DNA of 63,546 bases, filler included, from Olpidium bornovanus S191 (GCA_017911155.1; 32 parts of 32 records of this genome joined end to end with filler, not necessarily neighbours in it); one strand, 5' to 3'. Positions 9,933-23,845 are shown, counted from the first letter of the whole stretch. Program-made: numbers and translations. The notes: generated by a model not told the origin, from the letters alone.

Positions 9933-11896
9933 GCGCGCGCCGAACACCGCGGTGCTGCAGCGCGTTGCGCGAATCTTACGACGAGCCGGGCGTGCGGCCG
10001 GCGAACGCCGCAGCAACCGTACGTCCGGCCGAGTTGTTTCCATTCCACCGATTGAGGGAAGGCGAGTGGCGTTGGTTTCGAATGCATTGTACCGCCGCCT
10101 TCCCAGCGTGAATCCTCTCACATATACTTTGTCCGTCAAAGGCCAGCTCCACTTCATCGTTGACGTTCGACGTGAAAGGCCTTAGGGGGAAAAAAGGTCT
10201 TTTGCGTTCCGCTGACACGAGATTGCTCGGGAACGCTTCAAACAGGTAGTTGCGCGCCAGTACGTAAACCCGCAAATTCAACGAGAGAAGACGACGGTTG
10301 AAGAAATGAACCCATGGGAAGGTTGCTTTAGATTCAACAGCAAAGCCGGCTTCTCGTTGAAGTACGCGCAAGAGAGGGTATTTCTCTCAAATCGAGTGAA
10401 ATAAAAAAATGGAAATAAAGAGAAGACCTGGGNNNNNNNNNNNNNNNNNNNNNNNNNNNNNNNNNNNNNNNNNNNNTTAATTAATTAANNNNNNNNNNNN
10501 NNNNNNNNNNNNNNNNNNNNNNNNNNNNNNNNCATGTACGCGTAATATCATAATTGAGACCCGGCCATAATGACAAAGCAGCTAATATTGCAACGTTTTG
10601 TACGCGCCCTTGCTTCACTCGAAACTTGGCAACTGGTCTTCAACTGCGCTAGTCTAACCAGCCCGTGGAGGGAAACGGGTATGAGGCTTAGTTGCCAACG
10701 TTTGCGTGCTGTCAGCCACACGTCTCGGGCGCGCGCGCGCCGCGGTGAGTCCGGAGCTCGCATTCCTTCCGGGGCCCCGCCGGACTTTGCAGCCGAGCCC
10801 CGCGAAGTCAAAAAAAAACATGCGGCGTTTCACGGAGTTTTCTGCTCCCTGGGGGGGGCAAAAGCACAGGCGGTCCGGGTCTACACCGCCGTCATCCGCT
10901 CCCCCTCCGGCTGTTGTCCGGAAAACCGAAGGCGGTTGGTTCGATCCGGAGACCGGCGACGCGCCCTTCGCCATCTGGCCTTGCGCACCGCTCCCCCACG
11001 CAAAAACCCTTATGTGCGAAATTGGCGGGGCGGCGGCAGTCCCCCTCCCTCCCCCTTCCTCCCCCTTTCTCCCCCCCCTCTCTCCCCGGCCTGCCGAGTT
11101 TCGCGGGTTCGCGCGGTTTCAGCCATTGTCGTGTCAGCTCTACCTTTATGCCGCATATGTGCGAAATGGAAAACCACCAAGTAAACTCAGGATTTGGTTG
11201 CCGCTATCGAGTCACTTCCTGGAACGCACCTCGTGAGGATTGCCTGTTCACCCCCGCCCGCAAAAAGCGATACAACAAAACCAACACCCTCCCACGCCGC
11301 GGCTGCGAAGAGCTCCCACTGGCGTTCCTTTTCTAGTCTCGCAAGCCAACGTACGCCAACCAAACAAAAAACTGGCGGTGTGAAGAATATGATGATGATG
11401 ACAGCGGATTTTACGTTGTTGCCCGAGCTGCTTTGTCTGAAAAAAAGGCTGCTTTGTCTGAAAACGGGGTGCGAAAACGGTTGGCGTGCACCCTACAGAA
11501 GAGCTTCCGGCAAACATACGGTCAATAGCGCGTGCGCTAGCCGTGTACGACGGGGTGGAAACAGCCGCAATTGAAAAAAAAAAAAAAAAAAAACAAAAAA
11601 AATAGGGGAGCACTGCCCATTGGCGCGCCATGGCAGCTACGGCCTTGGCGCCCGGCCAGACGGGTGCTAACGGTTTAGGGTTCTCCCGTTAAAGCTGCAG
11701 ATGGAGCCCTGGGGTTAGGCGCTCCTTGTCAAAATAAGCAGAGTTCCAGTTTATTGCGATGATGTTGGGAGATCGGCGCCTTTTAAATGGCGCATTTCTT
11801 TTTGCCTGACGTGGCGGCATTAAACAATCATCGCTCAACACAGCTATAAAAAGGTATGTTTGGGCAAAGAGCCGTTCGGTCTTCGTCAACACCCGC

Positions 11897-11970
11897 GCTT
11901 CCGTGGCGCAATTGGTTAGCGCGTCCGACTGTTAATCGGGAGGTTGGCAGTTCAATCCTGCCCGGGAGCG
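11897..11970 (+). tRNA. tRNA-Asn (GTT), intronless
   Basis: Acceptor stem GCTTCCG/CGGGAGC, A box TGGCGCAATTGG, anticodon arm TCCGA-CTGTTAA-TCGGG, T arm GGCAG-TTCAATC-CTGCC, TTTT terminator at 11979-11982 and TATAAAAA at 11845. Confidence 0.96.
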
Positions 11971-12240
11971 GTTGGCAGTTTTGCATGCCCGTGCGAGGTT
12001 TTGTCCTATTTTGCCTGGAAAATTTTTGGCGGCGGCCGCTTTCGAACGGTCTTTGCGGCGGTCGAGAGCGGCCTCTTCAATTAGACACGTCAAAAAGGAG
12101 AAAANNNNNNNNNNNNNNNNNNNNNNNNNNNNNNNNNNNNNNNNNNNNTTAATTAATTAANNNNNNNNNNNNNNNNNNNNNNNNNNNNNNNNNNNNNNNN
12201 NNNNAAACATTTCCACGAATAACCCAAACAATAATTTTAC

Positions 12241-13441
12241 CTCCGCGTTTAGGGAGACTGGCGGACAGTAGGGCCTGTGGCGGGCGACCTCGTCCTGCCA
12301 GACCAGATCGCGCCCAAGCGTCATGGCAGACGCCACGGCTTCGCTGCCGGTGTGTCGGTAGACGAGCACCTTGCGGACACACGGACACTGGCGCAGAGCG
12401 TCGTCGACTATCGCCTTCGTGGAGATGGTGCGACCGCCGCGCCTGCCCTCGTCACTCGTGAGGACAACTGTAGGCGAGGTATCCTGGATACGATCGCGGA
12501 GGGCCTCGGCAGAGAAGCCCGCAAAAACCACCGAGTGAACCGCGCCAATGCGCGCACAAGCCAAAAGGGCAACAACAGCGGCCGGGACCATCGGCACTGC
12601 GATGACGGGGAATTAACGACAAGGGAGAAAACAGCCACAAACCACTTGCTCACCGACGTAATGCTTACTGTAAATCGCAACCGTATCGTTCTTCCTGATG
12701 CCGAACGAGATTAGGGTATTCGCAAGACGACAGACATCCTGCATCAGCTGCCAATAGGTTATCCTCTCGGAATATCCAGGCTCGTCGGCCTCAAAGATGA
12801 TAGCGACCTGTTGAGCAGTCAGTAGTAGTGTCACGTCGCTTTCTTCGGCGGCAGCAGGTGAAATACCACACCACATGATATTTGAGACGCCATCGCGTAC
12901 CTTGTCTGGGTTGGCGAGGGCGTGACGGTCGACACAGTTAAAAGACGCGTTCAGCTCGCCGTCCTGGAACCAGGCGACATCGCCATGCCGAAGGGAGCTG
13001 CAAACCAAAAGCGACTCAGAGGATGCTTCGCAAAATGTTAACAGCCGCTGTGAAGAGGCGAGCTCACCCAGAAGTGACCGCGGAGAACGGCTTGGACCAA
13101 TGTAGAAGGTCGCGCGCCAGCTGAGAGAACAGGCCGACGTGTGAAAATCGGAAAAGTCATCAAGAGAGCGGCTCTCGCAAACACGGCATCATGCACCAAC
13201 ACACGTCGCCAAAAAATTTCTCCGGGTTTTCCAAGCTCGCCCTGTACATCTCCTCATATTTCGCGAACGATTCCACGTGGGGCACCGGCCAACCGGCCTG
13301 ACGGGGAGGAACAGGGAAAACAGCCGGGCCGTTGTCGGCAAACGGCGGCGCGGCGGCCAGCTCAGAGACGGCGTCTTCCACGAACTCGGGTTTCTCGGCT
13401 TTGTGCGCGGCCGCGATGGGGGGGGCCGGGATGGGAACCAT
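12241..13441 (-). CDS. ACS: Acetyl-CoA synthetase, 5' part, multi-exon
   Basis: ATG at 13441; [47 protein letters not shown] and [40 protein letters not shown]. Confidence 0.95.
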
Positions 13442-14084
13442 CGTTTCGACGATCCCCTTCCGGTTGACCAAAAATAAGAAAAGGGGGCCGAGCGTGGGGA
13501 ATTTTGCCGAAGTGGCGCCGGGGTGGAGCTTACAGAAAGGCGCGCCGAAGAAAATTCTGGTTCGTGGTGGGGAACCTGCGGAGAGGGTTGTTTTTATTTT
13601 TATTTTTATTTTTTTTTTATTTTTTTTTTCGCGAAGCCCCGGAAGGCAGACGAGGGCAGTGTGGCGCACCGGAGGCGAGAGGAGACGGACAGGGAACTTT
13701 CTTCTTCGGGGTTTGTTGTAGATAGTCGCGTGACTTTTCGCCTCTTGCTGTCCTTCCCGTATGCGCAGACGTCTCTCTCTCTCTCAATACAAACGAGAAC
13801 TTCGGCGAAATTTCGGCGTGTCGGTTTTATGTTGCATGGCCCATTGCCAGTGTGCTGCTTTGTGCCCTTTCATTTCTTTCGGTACGTTCGCGGTTCAAAC
13901 GGACGGGAATCGCGGGTTCGCGGCGGCGAGTAGAGCTTTTTTCTATGCGGATTCNNNNNNNNNNNNNNNNNNNNNNNNNNNNNNNNNNNNNNNNNNNNTT
14001 AATTAATTAANNNNNNNNNNNNNNNNNNNNNNNNNNNNNNNNNNNNNNNNNNNNGGGCGCGGGGGGGGGGGGGGGGGGGGGGGG

Positions 14085-14135
<51 letters not shown>

Positions 14136-14298
14136 TCGGCCGCCCGAAACGCGTCGCGCGCGCGAGCTTTACGCGCTCCGGACGTGTTCGCTCATTGGCA
14201 TCGTCAAACGCGGCCAATTCCCCGCCCTCCTTACCCGCTTCGCCTTTCGGCTTTGCGCCCTCGTGCGCCCGGCAATTTACCGGCTGCGCGTCCCCCAG

Positions 14299-14480
14299 TC
14301 GCCAACGAGTTCAAGGAGGAGTTCGAAAAGTGCCAGAGGCACAACGAAAAAATCGCGGGCGGGGACCGGACTGCGAAGGAGGAGGCCCCCGCCGCCGACT
14401 CCTCCGCCGCTGACTTCCCCGCCGCCTCCGAGAGCGAGAAATTGAAGACAAAGGAGAACGCGGAGAAGGAGGAGGGGTAA
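14299..14480 (+). CDS. YRB1: Ran-binding protein 1, last exon
   Basis: A CAG acceptor is followed by ANEFKEEFEKCQRHNEKIA...KEEG*, matching the RanBP1 C-terminal helix (yeast ADKFKEEFEKAQEINKK) plus an acidic tail. Confidence 0.65.
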
Positions 14481-15855
14481 CCGTCACAAGTGAATATAGT
14501 GGGGTGTCTATTTCCCGATTATTGGTCTGCCTTTCGAAACCCTGTCACAGGCATCCTAGTCACCCCCCCCCCCCGCCAACGCGGGCCCCCCCCCACGCCC
14601 CCCCCTCTACCCCGTCTTCCCCTCCTCCCCACTTCCCCCCCCTAACCCCAATCCCAACCCCCTCCCCTACCCCCGCATCCACTTCCCTACCTCCTCCTCG
14701 CCTTTCCATGTGGTCCCCTTCGCTGCACGTATTCTTTTTTTCTTTACGTGACGTGGCGCTCGCCCTCCGGATCAACCATGGTACCGCACGTTTAGGCAGG
14801 ATGTCTTGAAAAAGACGAATTTTCTTTTTTTTTGTTTGCACTCGACATGCGCTGTAGACGCTGGGTGTATGTGTGTGTTCACGTGAGTATGTGTGCGTGT
14901 GGAAAGGGGGAACAGGGGTAGACGGTGGGGTAGACTGGGGTAGACGGGGCGCGGATGGCCGGCCAATCCCCCCGGTGACGGGGTCGCAATGTGCGACAAC
15001 CAGGGGTCGCTTCACATTTGGTTGACCCCCTTACAGTTTTGGACACTTTGCAGCACTGTTCGATGCCAAACGGAGGACATCTTGTATCCCTTCAGCATAT
15101 ATTCGCAATTCAAGACCGGTCGGTAAGGCGAAGCGGCGGCCGGATTTTAATTTTGGCGCGCGCCGGAGAGGGCCGGGCCGGGGCAGAGGGAAAGGCAGTG
15201 ATTGCAAAAGACGGCTCTTTCCCCCCCCCTTCCCCCCCTTGGCACGTCCCCACGTTTCCAGTCGGCGCGGGAAGGTGCCTCCCAACTCGGCTCAGGAATT
15301 CTTTTTGCTGCGAATCGAGCGCAAAAGCCAGCGATCCCCTCCCCTCCCCCCCCCCTCACCCCCCCACACACACACACACGGGGGCCTGGCGGCAGTCGCA
15401 GTTTGAAATCCGGCCTACGGATCCGCTCGCGCGAGAACCGATGTTGTTTTTAATTATTATTATTATTATTATTAATATTTTTCGATTGTTTACTTTTTTT
15501 TTCTCGGAACGGGGCGAATGGGAGAGCGGCGCGTTCCTTTTCCCCCTCCTCCCCCCCGTTTTCGCTACGCGACGCGTAAGTCTCGCAACTCGCAGTCACG
15601 TGACACCCATAAAACGCACACCCTCGCCCCCCCCCCCGTCTTCACCTCCGCGGAAGCTTTGAAGAAAGGGGGCGGGGGGCCGAATCCGCAAAACCGCGTC
15701 GATCAAAACCCCCGGCGAGCCCAAGCGGGGCCCCCCCTTCCCTCCAACCCAACCCAGCTCATGCCGAGCAATGTGACCTTCGCATCAGAGCCTGCACCCG
15801 GCGGCACGGACTGACCGGCGGCCCACAGGCGCAAGCGGCAGCGAGCTCGACACAC

Positions 15856-15904
<49 letters not shown>

Positions 15905-16171
15905 NNNNNNNNNNNNNNNNNNNNNNNNNNNNNNNNNNNNNNNNNNNNTTAATTAATTAANNNNNNNNNNNNNNNNNNNNNNNNNNNNNNNNNNNNNNNN
16001 NNNNGGGGGGAAACCCCGGGGGGGGGGGGGGGGGGGGGGGAAGGGGTGGGCCCGCGCAACAAAAGAACGCCGCGCGGGATTCCCCTCCCGCGCGCAAGCC
16101 GTGTCGCCCGTCCGCCAACCGTTCTGACCCATCTTCTCGCTTCCGGGGCCACCCCAAGTCCGCGGCCCTCA

Positions 16172-17151
16172 GGATCTTTCCCGGGCCGAGCGGGTCCGCG
16201 GAGGGTGAGCTGAAGAGCGTCGCGGACACCGCGCAGCCGGAGTACGGCGTCCACGACGCGCTGCGCTACGGGCCCCGCAGCGTCGCCGCGGAGATCGGGA
16301 CCGCGAACAAGCACGAGCTGGAGGCTCACCTCGCGAATGTGAGAGCCGCCTCCCCGTGCCCGCCTGGCATTCCGGACCTCGGGGGGGGGGGGGAAGGGGG
16401 CGGAAGAGGGGAGCGCGGGGCGGAAAAAGCGCGCGAAGGCGGATTAGATTGCAGGCTTCCCCCCTCCCTCCGAGCTGCGCGGACCGAGGCAAAGCTCCCT
16501 GGCAGCACTACGGAACAAAGGGGGAAAGAGGAAGGGGAGCGGCTGCCTTGGCCTGGGCGCCCCAGTGTACCGGCCCGCGAATGCGGCCGTCCCGCGGGAT
16601 CCAAACTCCCGTCCAGGCCGTGTAACGCCCCGCTTACTCTTGCTGCGGTGTGGGTTGTGGGGGGGTCTCTCACGCCGTTGGCCGCGGAATAATCTTCTCC
16701 CCAGCTGGAAGAGAACCAGTTCGCGCTGCACGCCGAGCTCGCCCGCAAGACCTACGGCATGCACGCGCCCATCCGCATGCACATGGAGCGCGACCTTTTC
16801 ACGGGGCCCTTGAGGCTCCCGGGCCTCCCGTCGAGCAACCTCGGCCGGGAGATCTTGGCGGGGCGGAACGACACCATTGACTTTGAGGACTTTTTGGAAA
16901 GTGGGTTTTTTCGTTTATTCGCGGCGCTCGCCCTTTTTTTTTTTTGTTTTTTTTTTTTTTTTTTTGGTTGCGTTTCCGGCTTTCCGCCGGAAAAAAAAAA
17001 AACAAAATGCGCGAGAGATGGTTTGCTTTTTTTTTTTTTTTTTGACCCCCCCCGGGGCCTTGCCGTCTTAACCTCGCCAGCGCCCTCTATGTCGACGGAA
17101 ACGATCGACGTGCACACCGCCATGGGCCGTCGGTTGGGAATGAACGTGTGA
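16172..17151 (+). CDS. UMP1: Proteasome maturation factor Ump1/POMP
   Basis: Exons at about 16172-16338 (YGVHDALRYGPRS...HELEAHLAN), 16705-16897 (WEENQ...YGMHAPIRMHMERDL...LPSSNLGREILAGRNDTIDFEDFL) and 17079-17151 (DVHTAMGRRLGM). Confidence 0.92.
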
Positions 17152-17783
17152 AGCCTCGGGGTCGTGCTCAGCATTAAAGGAAGGCGGGGCCAGGCGGTCG
17201 GGCGAAGCGCGATGCCGAATGTTTTCGGCGTCGGCGTGCGAGCGGCCGCAGAAGAGCTTCTTCCTGCATTATGTAGTTCTCGAGAAGCACACTTCGCGCG
17301 TTTCCGGAGGTATCACGAACTATATTTGCGTGCAGCACCGTCCCCGACCGCAACCGCTTGATGAAAGTGCGAGCGTTGCGTGGAGATTGGGGAAAACCAC
17401 CAGAACGAAGGGAACAGGAAACCAGCAGACCGGGAGCAGAGTGTAGAGGAAAATGGCTCTTGTGATTATTGTGCTTCTGGTTGTGGCGGGCAGTCGGCAG
17501 CTACACGGGGAGTGGGGGAAGGCAAGGGCGGATCTGGCGAAGAAACTACCTCTGGTAAAGTTCGCCAGCAACACGGGGAGATGCGCGCGGTGATGCCCTG
17601 GGCGTTACGTCGCACCCGCGGGGGCAGGCGTTTTGCGCTACCCAAATGGGCACATGAGAAAAACGAAAAGCGAATTTGGGACGTCGAGGGAACACGTCCG
17701 AGAAAGATATCTTCGAACTTCCGCGCCGACCCGGAAGCGTTTGTTTCTACCGCGGGGGGGGGGGGCAGGCGGAACCCGGGCAA

Positions 17784-17822
<39 letters not shown>

Positions 17823-18396
17823 CGGCGCGGANNNNNNNNNNNNNNNNNNNNNNNNNNNNNNNNNNNNNNNNNNNNTTAATTAATTAANNNNNNNNNNNNN
17901 NNNNNNNNNNNNNNNNNNNNNNNNNNNNNNNGGCACGCGCGCTTAGGACACATCGGACACGAGAAACTTCGCACATTGCAGAACCAAGCTAAAGGAGACA
18001 TCACCAAGGTGGATATCCCACGCCACAGTCAGGCGGGGACCTGCGAACCATGAGGGAACGCGCTCGTTCTGCCGTCAGCAGACGACAGAAACAGTTTTAA
18101 CGCAGATATTTGCTAGCGGGTTGACGCGGAAAGAGAAACGAAGGGAAGAATGTCTATGGGATTGAGTGCGGAACCGGGGCTGTAGCATACGACGGCGAAA
18201 CTTCCCTGCATATCGGAAAACGTCACGCAAGAGTACAGGTGCGCATTAAAATCAGGGGTAAAGGCGGTCTTGTCGCCTCCTCCGCGACAGGGTCGTTGCC
18301 TGCTTTGTGGTGCCCGGTCCGCAGGAAAAAAAGAGAAGGGGGGTGTAGACACGACCGTAACTCACCAAAGACGGATCGCAACTGACACCCACCACT

Positions 18397-19375
18397 TTAC
18401 TGAGTTGGTGCCGTCGGGCCGCGATCGTCGTGCTGCAGCGGCGAAGACGCGGGTACAGAGGCCACTTCTGCGCCATAGTAAGAGTTGGCACCGCCGCCCG
18501 GACTACCTGGACCAAGGTGAGGATCGCCCGGAATGCCACCTGTTTGGGTGGCGGCCATCGCCCTCTGCTTCTCGCTTTCCAGCTTCTTGTACAGCAGGTA
18601 GATAGCGACCTGGTTGTGTTCCGGCGTCCCCGTGATCGTAACCATGCGTTCGTTGCTGCCGGGGTAGGGCTCTCCGATTTTGATGTGGGTCTTAGACAGG
18701 TTGCGTATCTCGTTGATGGAAGACCCCTGGCGACCTATGATGCATCCGACCATGTCGTTGGGGATGAAAATCTGCTGAACCTGCGCGCCGGGCGGCACCG
18801 CCCTGGCCGCGCCGGCTCCACCCATCGCCCCGACAGCTCCGGCTCCTGGTCCACCGGTGCCGATCGGTGCGCCCCCGCGGTTTGCGTACGGGCTCGGACT
18901 TGCCTGGCCCCCGAGCTGGCCGACATAGCCTCCCACGTACTGAGCCGCGATAGGAGCCTGCTGCTGGGGCGAGCCCGCGAAGCCACCGATGTACAGGTCG
19001 CCGCCTTGCATGCCGCCAGCGCCCGCCTCGAACCTCGCCATCGGCTTGTATGGTTGATAACCCGGCGCGCGGTCGGGGAACCGCCGGAAGATTTCGCCGA
19101 TGTGGTAAACAGCAATGTGGATAGAATCCGGCACGCCCGTCACGGTCACTATCCTCTCCGTGGAGCTGGGGAGCTTGTCGACGGACGCCATGAGCCGCGC
19201 TCCGGACGCCTCCTGTATGTCGCGGATCTTTGACCCGCCCTTGCCGATCACGGACCCCATCCGGCTATGAGGCAGGAGCAGCCGGATGGCCGTTGAGCGA
19301 ATGTGGATGTTTTCTTGGTTACCGTCGGACGACTCTTCGAGAAACTTGTGTGCTACCAACGCATAAGCCTTTTGA
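18397..19375 (-). CDS. KH-domain RNA-binding protein (PBP2/HEK2/hnRNP K family), 3' part
   Basis: Two KH domains: IRLLLPHSRMGSVIGKGGSKIRDIQEASGARL...TERIVTVTG and QQIFIPNDMVGCIIGRQGSSINEIRNLSKTHIKI...NERMVTITG. Confidence 0.9.
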
Positions 19376-19472
19376 TGGCGCAGGCGGAAACGAAGCGGCA
19401 ATTCGGCGTGGCACGTAGGGTGTCAGCAGGGGAACCGCGGGTGCAAGAGGCTCTTTTTCCCCTCCTCATCCC

Positions 19473-19551
<79 letters not shown>

Positions 19552-19558
19552 ACCCCCT

Positions 19559-19640
<82 letters not shown>

Positions 19641-21257
19641 NNNNNNNNNNNNNNNNNNNNNNNNNNNNNNNNNNNNNNNNNNNNTTAATTAATTAANNNN
19701 NNNNNNNNNNNNNNNNNNNNNNNNNNNNNNNNNNNNNNNNCATGATAACCAAAGTCTGCAGCGGGTCTGCCTTGATATGAAGGTGGACTTGGTGGAGGGG
19801 GAGGCGGGGTTTGTGGGATTGTTGTACCCGGGCTAGCTGAAAACAAGACACTGGTGAGAAATACTAAACTCCTGGGGAGGGGAGAGAAGGTCTTTTTATT
19901 CTGCCTCGTTGAAACGGTAACGGACCGCTGTATTTGTATGTGGACTTTTAACATCTGTTCGCCGGACCCTATGCCCTTCCCCCCCCTTTCCCCATTCCCT
20001 CCTCCACCACGACGAGCGACGGTCCCGGCGAAGCGTGCGAGCAAGTTACAACGCAGAATGTATGGCGTCCAGGGGCGGGCAGCCTCCTCTCTGCCGCGCG
20101 TCTTAACTGGCCCGAGCCAGGGCCCCTCCCCGTCACCCCGCGTCGGCTCCTAGGAACGCGCGATTTCGTGAAGCTCCTTCCAGGTTCCGCCTGCCTCGCT
20201 TCGGTCCTGACTCGTTTCGGTTCCGACTGGTCCTGCGCAGACGGTAAGTTTTGCTCCCCTTTTCCCTCGCATAGAAACCACACGGAGGCCCGGCTGAACC
20301 GGCCAGGGCCCCCGCCGGCGCCTTCGCGGAGCTCCCCCGGGTTCTTCGCGTGCGCGCAAAGCGCAAAAGGGGAGCAGGACGACAACGGCGGCGACGACAG
20401 CAGCGAACTCCCAACGGCGGCAACGACGCAAAGGGACAATATTCGCGGCAGGTTTTGCCGCAGAATTTGGCGAATTTCCAGGCGGCATCCGCACAAGGAT
20501 ATAACATCGCCTAATATGTAGCCGCTAATCTATCTAACTATCAAGTCCTGAGGCCCGTGCGGCTGGGGCCCGGCCGCTGGCAACGGAAGCCACGATGCCC
20601 GCAGAGCCACCCTAAATCTGGGGAATGTCGCGCGCCCACTGCTGCGTATTGAGGAAACCGGTCCCGGTTGCCGGATGATCTCGAGCACATGCTTGGGCGC
20701 CCTGCAGCTCCGGGAAGACGAGATTGTGCGGGCCTGATGTGCTCTGGAAGCGCACTCCCTTTCTCTGGCCACAATATTAGGGAAGAGTAACACGGCGTAC
20801 ACCTGTGGATAGACCAGCAGTCAACCGGTGGCCGCCAGCACGACGACAACCGGCGGCCCCAACTCTCAGGAACTCAAGGGTTGCTCCTGCAATTGCGCAA
20901 GACGTGTTGCTGATGAGGCGGCAGCCTGATGCGCCTCTGAATACGGGTGGTGCACCTCAATCCCTCCGCGACGATGCCGGCACCATGAAAAGAGCGAGAG
21001 AGAGAGACAGAGAGAGAAGAGATGGCGGAATATTAAGCAAACTGCGCAGGCTAGCGGACGCCGTCCAGTCCGAAGCGGCGCGTGGGCGCGCGTGCGGAAG
21101 GGGAAGGGCCGTCTGACGTGGGCAAGAGCCCTTGCGCCACACCCCCACCGTCCCCCGCCTCCTAGGCCCCGACACACACTCGCCAGGCTTCGCCTCTGCC
21201 CCGTTTCCCCATCTTCCCCCGCGCCGCCGGCGGACGAGGGAGAGGGGAAGAGAGAGC

Positions 21258-21358
<101 letters not shown>

Positions 21359-21557
21359 NNNNNNNNNNNNNNNNNNNNNNNNNNNNNNNNNNNNNNNNNN
21401 NNTTAATTAATTAANNNNNNNNNNNNNNNNNNNNNNNNNNNNNNNNNNNNNNNNNNNNAAAAAAAAAAAACGGCAGCGTACGCAAGGGAATTACGAGGTA
21501 ATGGCGATGAACAAGTGAAGTTTCCCACAGTGAGTTTCTGAATGAAATTTGCGACCA

Positions 21558-23030
21558 ACCTTCTTCCAGGACAGCCATGCAGTCGTCAATTACCTCACAC
21601 TCCACCACGAACAGATTCTCCACGTAAAATCCCTTCTCCTGCGTGTAGCGCACAGACAGGTTTGTCGCGGCTGGGTTCAGGAGGTCGCGGACCTGCAAGA
21701 AACGCACATTGACAGCAGTCAGGTCGTTTCTAAGTCCTTAATCATGTTTGCCGAAGGTGGATACTTTCACGCACGCTCTCATTATAGATCTCCAAGTAGG
21801 CCGCGCGTATGGTGTACCGAACTGCGGGGTCGTGGTTCACAACGGCGAAGATGAACTCCAAAGCCCGCGGAATTATTCCCCGCAAGGGCGACTGGCTATT
21901 GGGCCGAACGCCATCCGGGCCCGTCATCGTGAACGTCTTTCCGGACCCGGTTTGACCAAAAGCAAAAGCTGTTGAAGCGAACCTGGATCGGCAGGCAAAA
22001 GGTTGGTCCAACTGGTATCCGTTGGAAGGAGAAAAATAAAAGTAGAACAAGGGGGAAAAAAGGCAAAAAAAGGAACAAGAAAAGGTAGATCAAAGAAAAA
22101 AAAAAGAAAAAAATAGAAAATGAAAAAGAAACCAGAGGAAGAAAAAAAAGAAATATAAAACAGATAAAACGGAAATAAAACAGTAAAACGAAAAAAAAAA
22201 TAAAATAGAAAAAGCACAAAAATGGGGCAAAAACTAACAAAAAGATAAAAACAGAAAAAAGATTGGTCGGGCCCCAAGTTATTCGTACCCATTCAGCGCC
22301 TGATGCATGAGTTCGATGACCCCGCACTCGTGGAACACCTGTTCCTGGGAGACGGTCTCGTCCTCGACAACATCAAAGGTCATCGGCGAAATCACCTTGC
22401 CGTCCGCACAGGGCAGCTTGTGCAGCCCGACAAACGTAAACCACGTCAGCGCCTTTCTGAGCCCGCGGAACACGCGTCGCTCATCCGAAGGCCCGCATAC
22501 CTGCAGCGTTCGCCGGTCATTGAACACGGTGACTGCGGAAGGGTCGCTCCGACTTTGCTCCAGATCGCTCAGCGGACGCACCCTTGTCGTGCCACACGTG
22601 CGCAAATTCGACGCGTCAAGGCCGGAGGTCAACCGGAATTTCCTCTCAACGCCCCGGCGATCGGAAAGAAGAATAAGAGGAAGAGGGAAAAAAAAAATTA
22701 AAAAAATAAAAAAGCACCGGCGAACCTCACGGCGACTCGTATGCACTGGTCTTTCTCAGAATCGATCCCGGCGTTTCCTCCGTCTGATGCGTGGGCGCGC
22801 GCCGCAGCTTCCGACACCGACGACCAGCTCGAGTCGACGGACGACGGCGTCGCCAAGGGCTGCGACAGGACGAACGAGTCATGCATGGCCTCGGAAATGG
22901 CCCCGGGAGCAAGCGGTCCGTGCTGCCGCTGCAGCAAGTGAAGCGGCGGGTGCCCGGCCTCGAACTGGTGCGGGCGGTACCAGGGCGGGGCTCCCTGCTC
23001 GTTTGCCAGGGGCGCGCTGTGGTGGCGCAT
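21558..23030 (-). CDS. Kinesin motor, KIF12/kinesin-16-like, N-terminal part, multi-exon
   Basis: IRVAVR/VRPLS, FDVVEDETVSQEQVFHECGVIELMHQALNGY, P-loop AFGQTGSGKTFTMTGP, RAAYLEIYNE and VRDLLNP...LSVRYTQEKGFYVENLFVVEC. The last two stretches resemble KIF12 (VFRACGV..L; LPVRWNKTRGFYVEQL). The confidence given is for the kinesin call; the subfamily is less certain. Confidence 0.85.
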
Positions 23031-23322
23031 GTGGGCCGGCGGAGCAGGAGGGCCGGGCGAAAACGGGGCCGAAGCTGCTGCGGTTGCGGCTGGCGGAGGA
23101 GCTGCCGCTTGCTGGTGGCGAGGGGGGCGTGTGTGAGAGGATGCGGGCGCAGCGTGCGGCCGTCGACGGCTCTGATTCTCTCTCTCTCTCTCTCTGTCTT
23201 TCTATATGGTCGCCGCCTCCAAGCGCGGAGGCGGGGCGCGGCGCGGCGCGGCGGGGGGGTGGTTTCTCTCTCACGTGCTCTCCCTCCGCGAGAATTTCTG
23301 CGCTCCAGTTTCTCGAAAACCG

Positions 23323-23364
<42 letters not shown>

Positions 23365-23845
23365 CGGCGACGCAGCGGAGAGACGACGACCGTCGCGCGC
23401 GCGCGCGTCGGCCCCTCCCCGCCCCTCCGACCCCGCACGAAANNNNNNNNNNNNNNNNNNNNNNNNNNNNNNNNNNNNNNNNNNNNTTAATTAATTAANN
23501 NNNNNNNNNNNNNNNNNNNNNNNNNNNNNNNNNNNNNNNNNNCATGGAAATTACATTTCGGAGAACATCAATGCGGAGTGAGAAATCGGGGCGGCGCGGA
23601 TGATGGAGAAAAGAAGGGATGGAGCAAGGACGGGAGCATTTGGGAAGGAGTAACCGAAACGTAGGTGAGGAAAGGGGTCTTCTATCATTTAGGGAAATCA
23701 ACAAAAAGGACAAAGAAGAAAACAAAATTGATTGGGAGACTAACAAAACCAGAAAGAAACACGTGCGCGAGACGTGCAAGGGCGCCAATCCGCGCAAGTC
23801 CCGCGGGAAAAAAAAAAAATCCCAAATCCAACAAAAAAAATATGA

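Noticed and set aside
19476-19640. Very long poly-C/poly-G runs at contig ends (also 14055, 15860, 17785, 28680, 58415) as G-quadruplex elements
   Set aside because: They coincide with assembly breaks, so their lengths are unreliable and could include sequencing artefact
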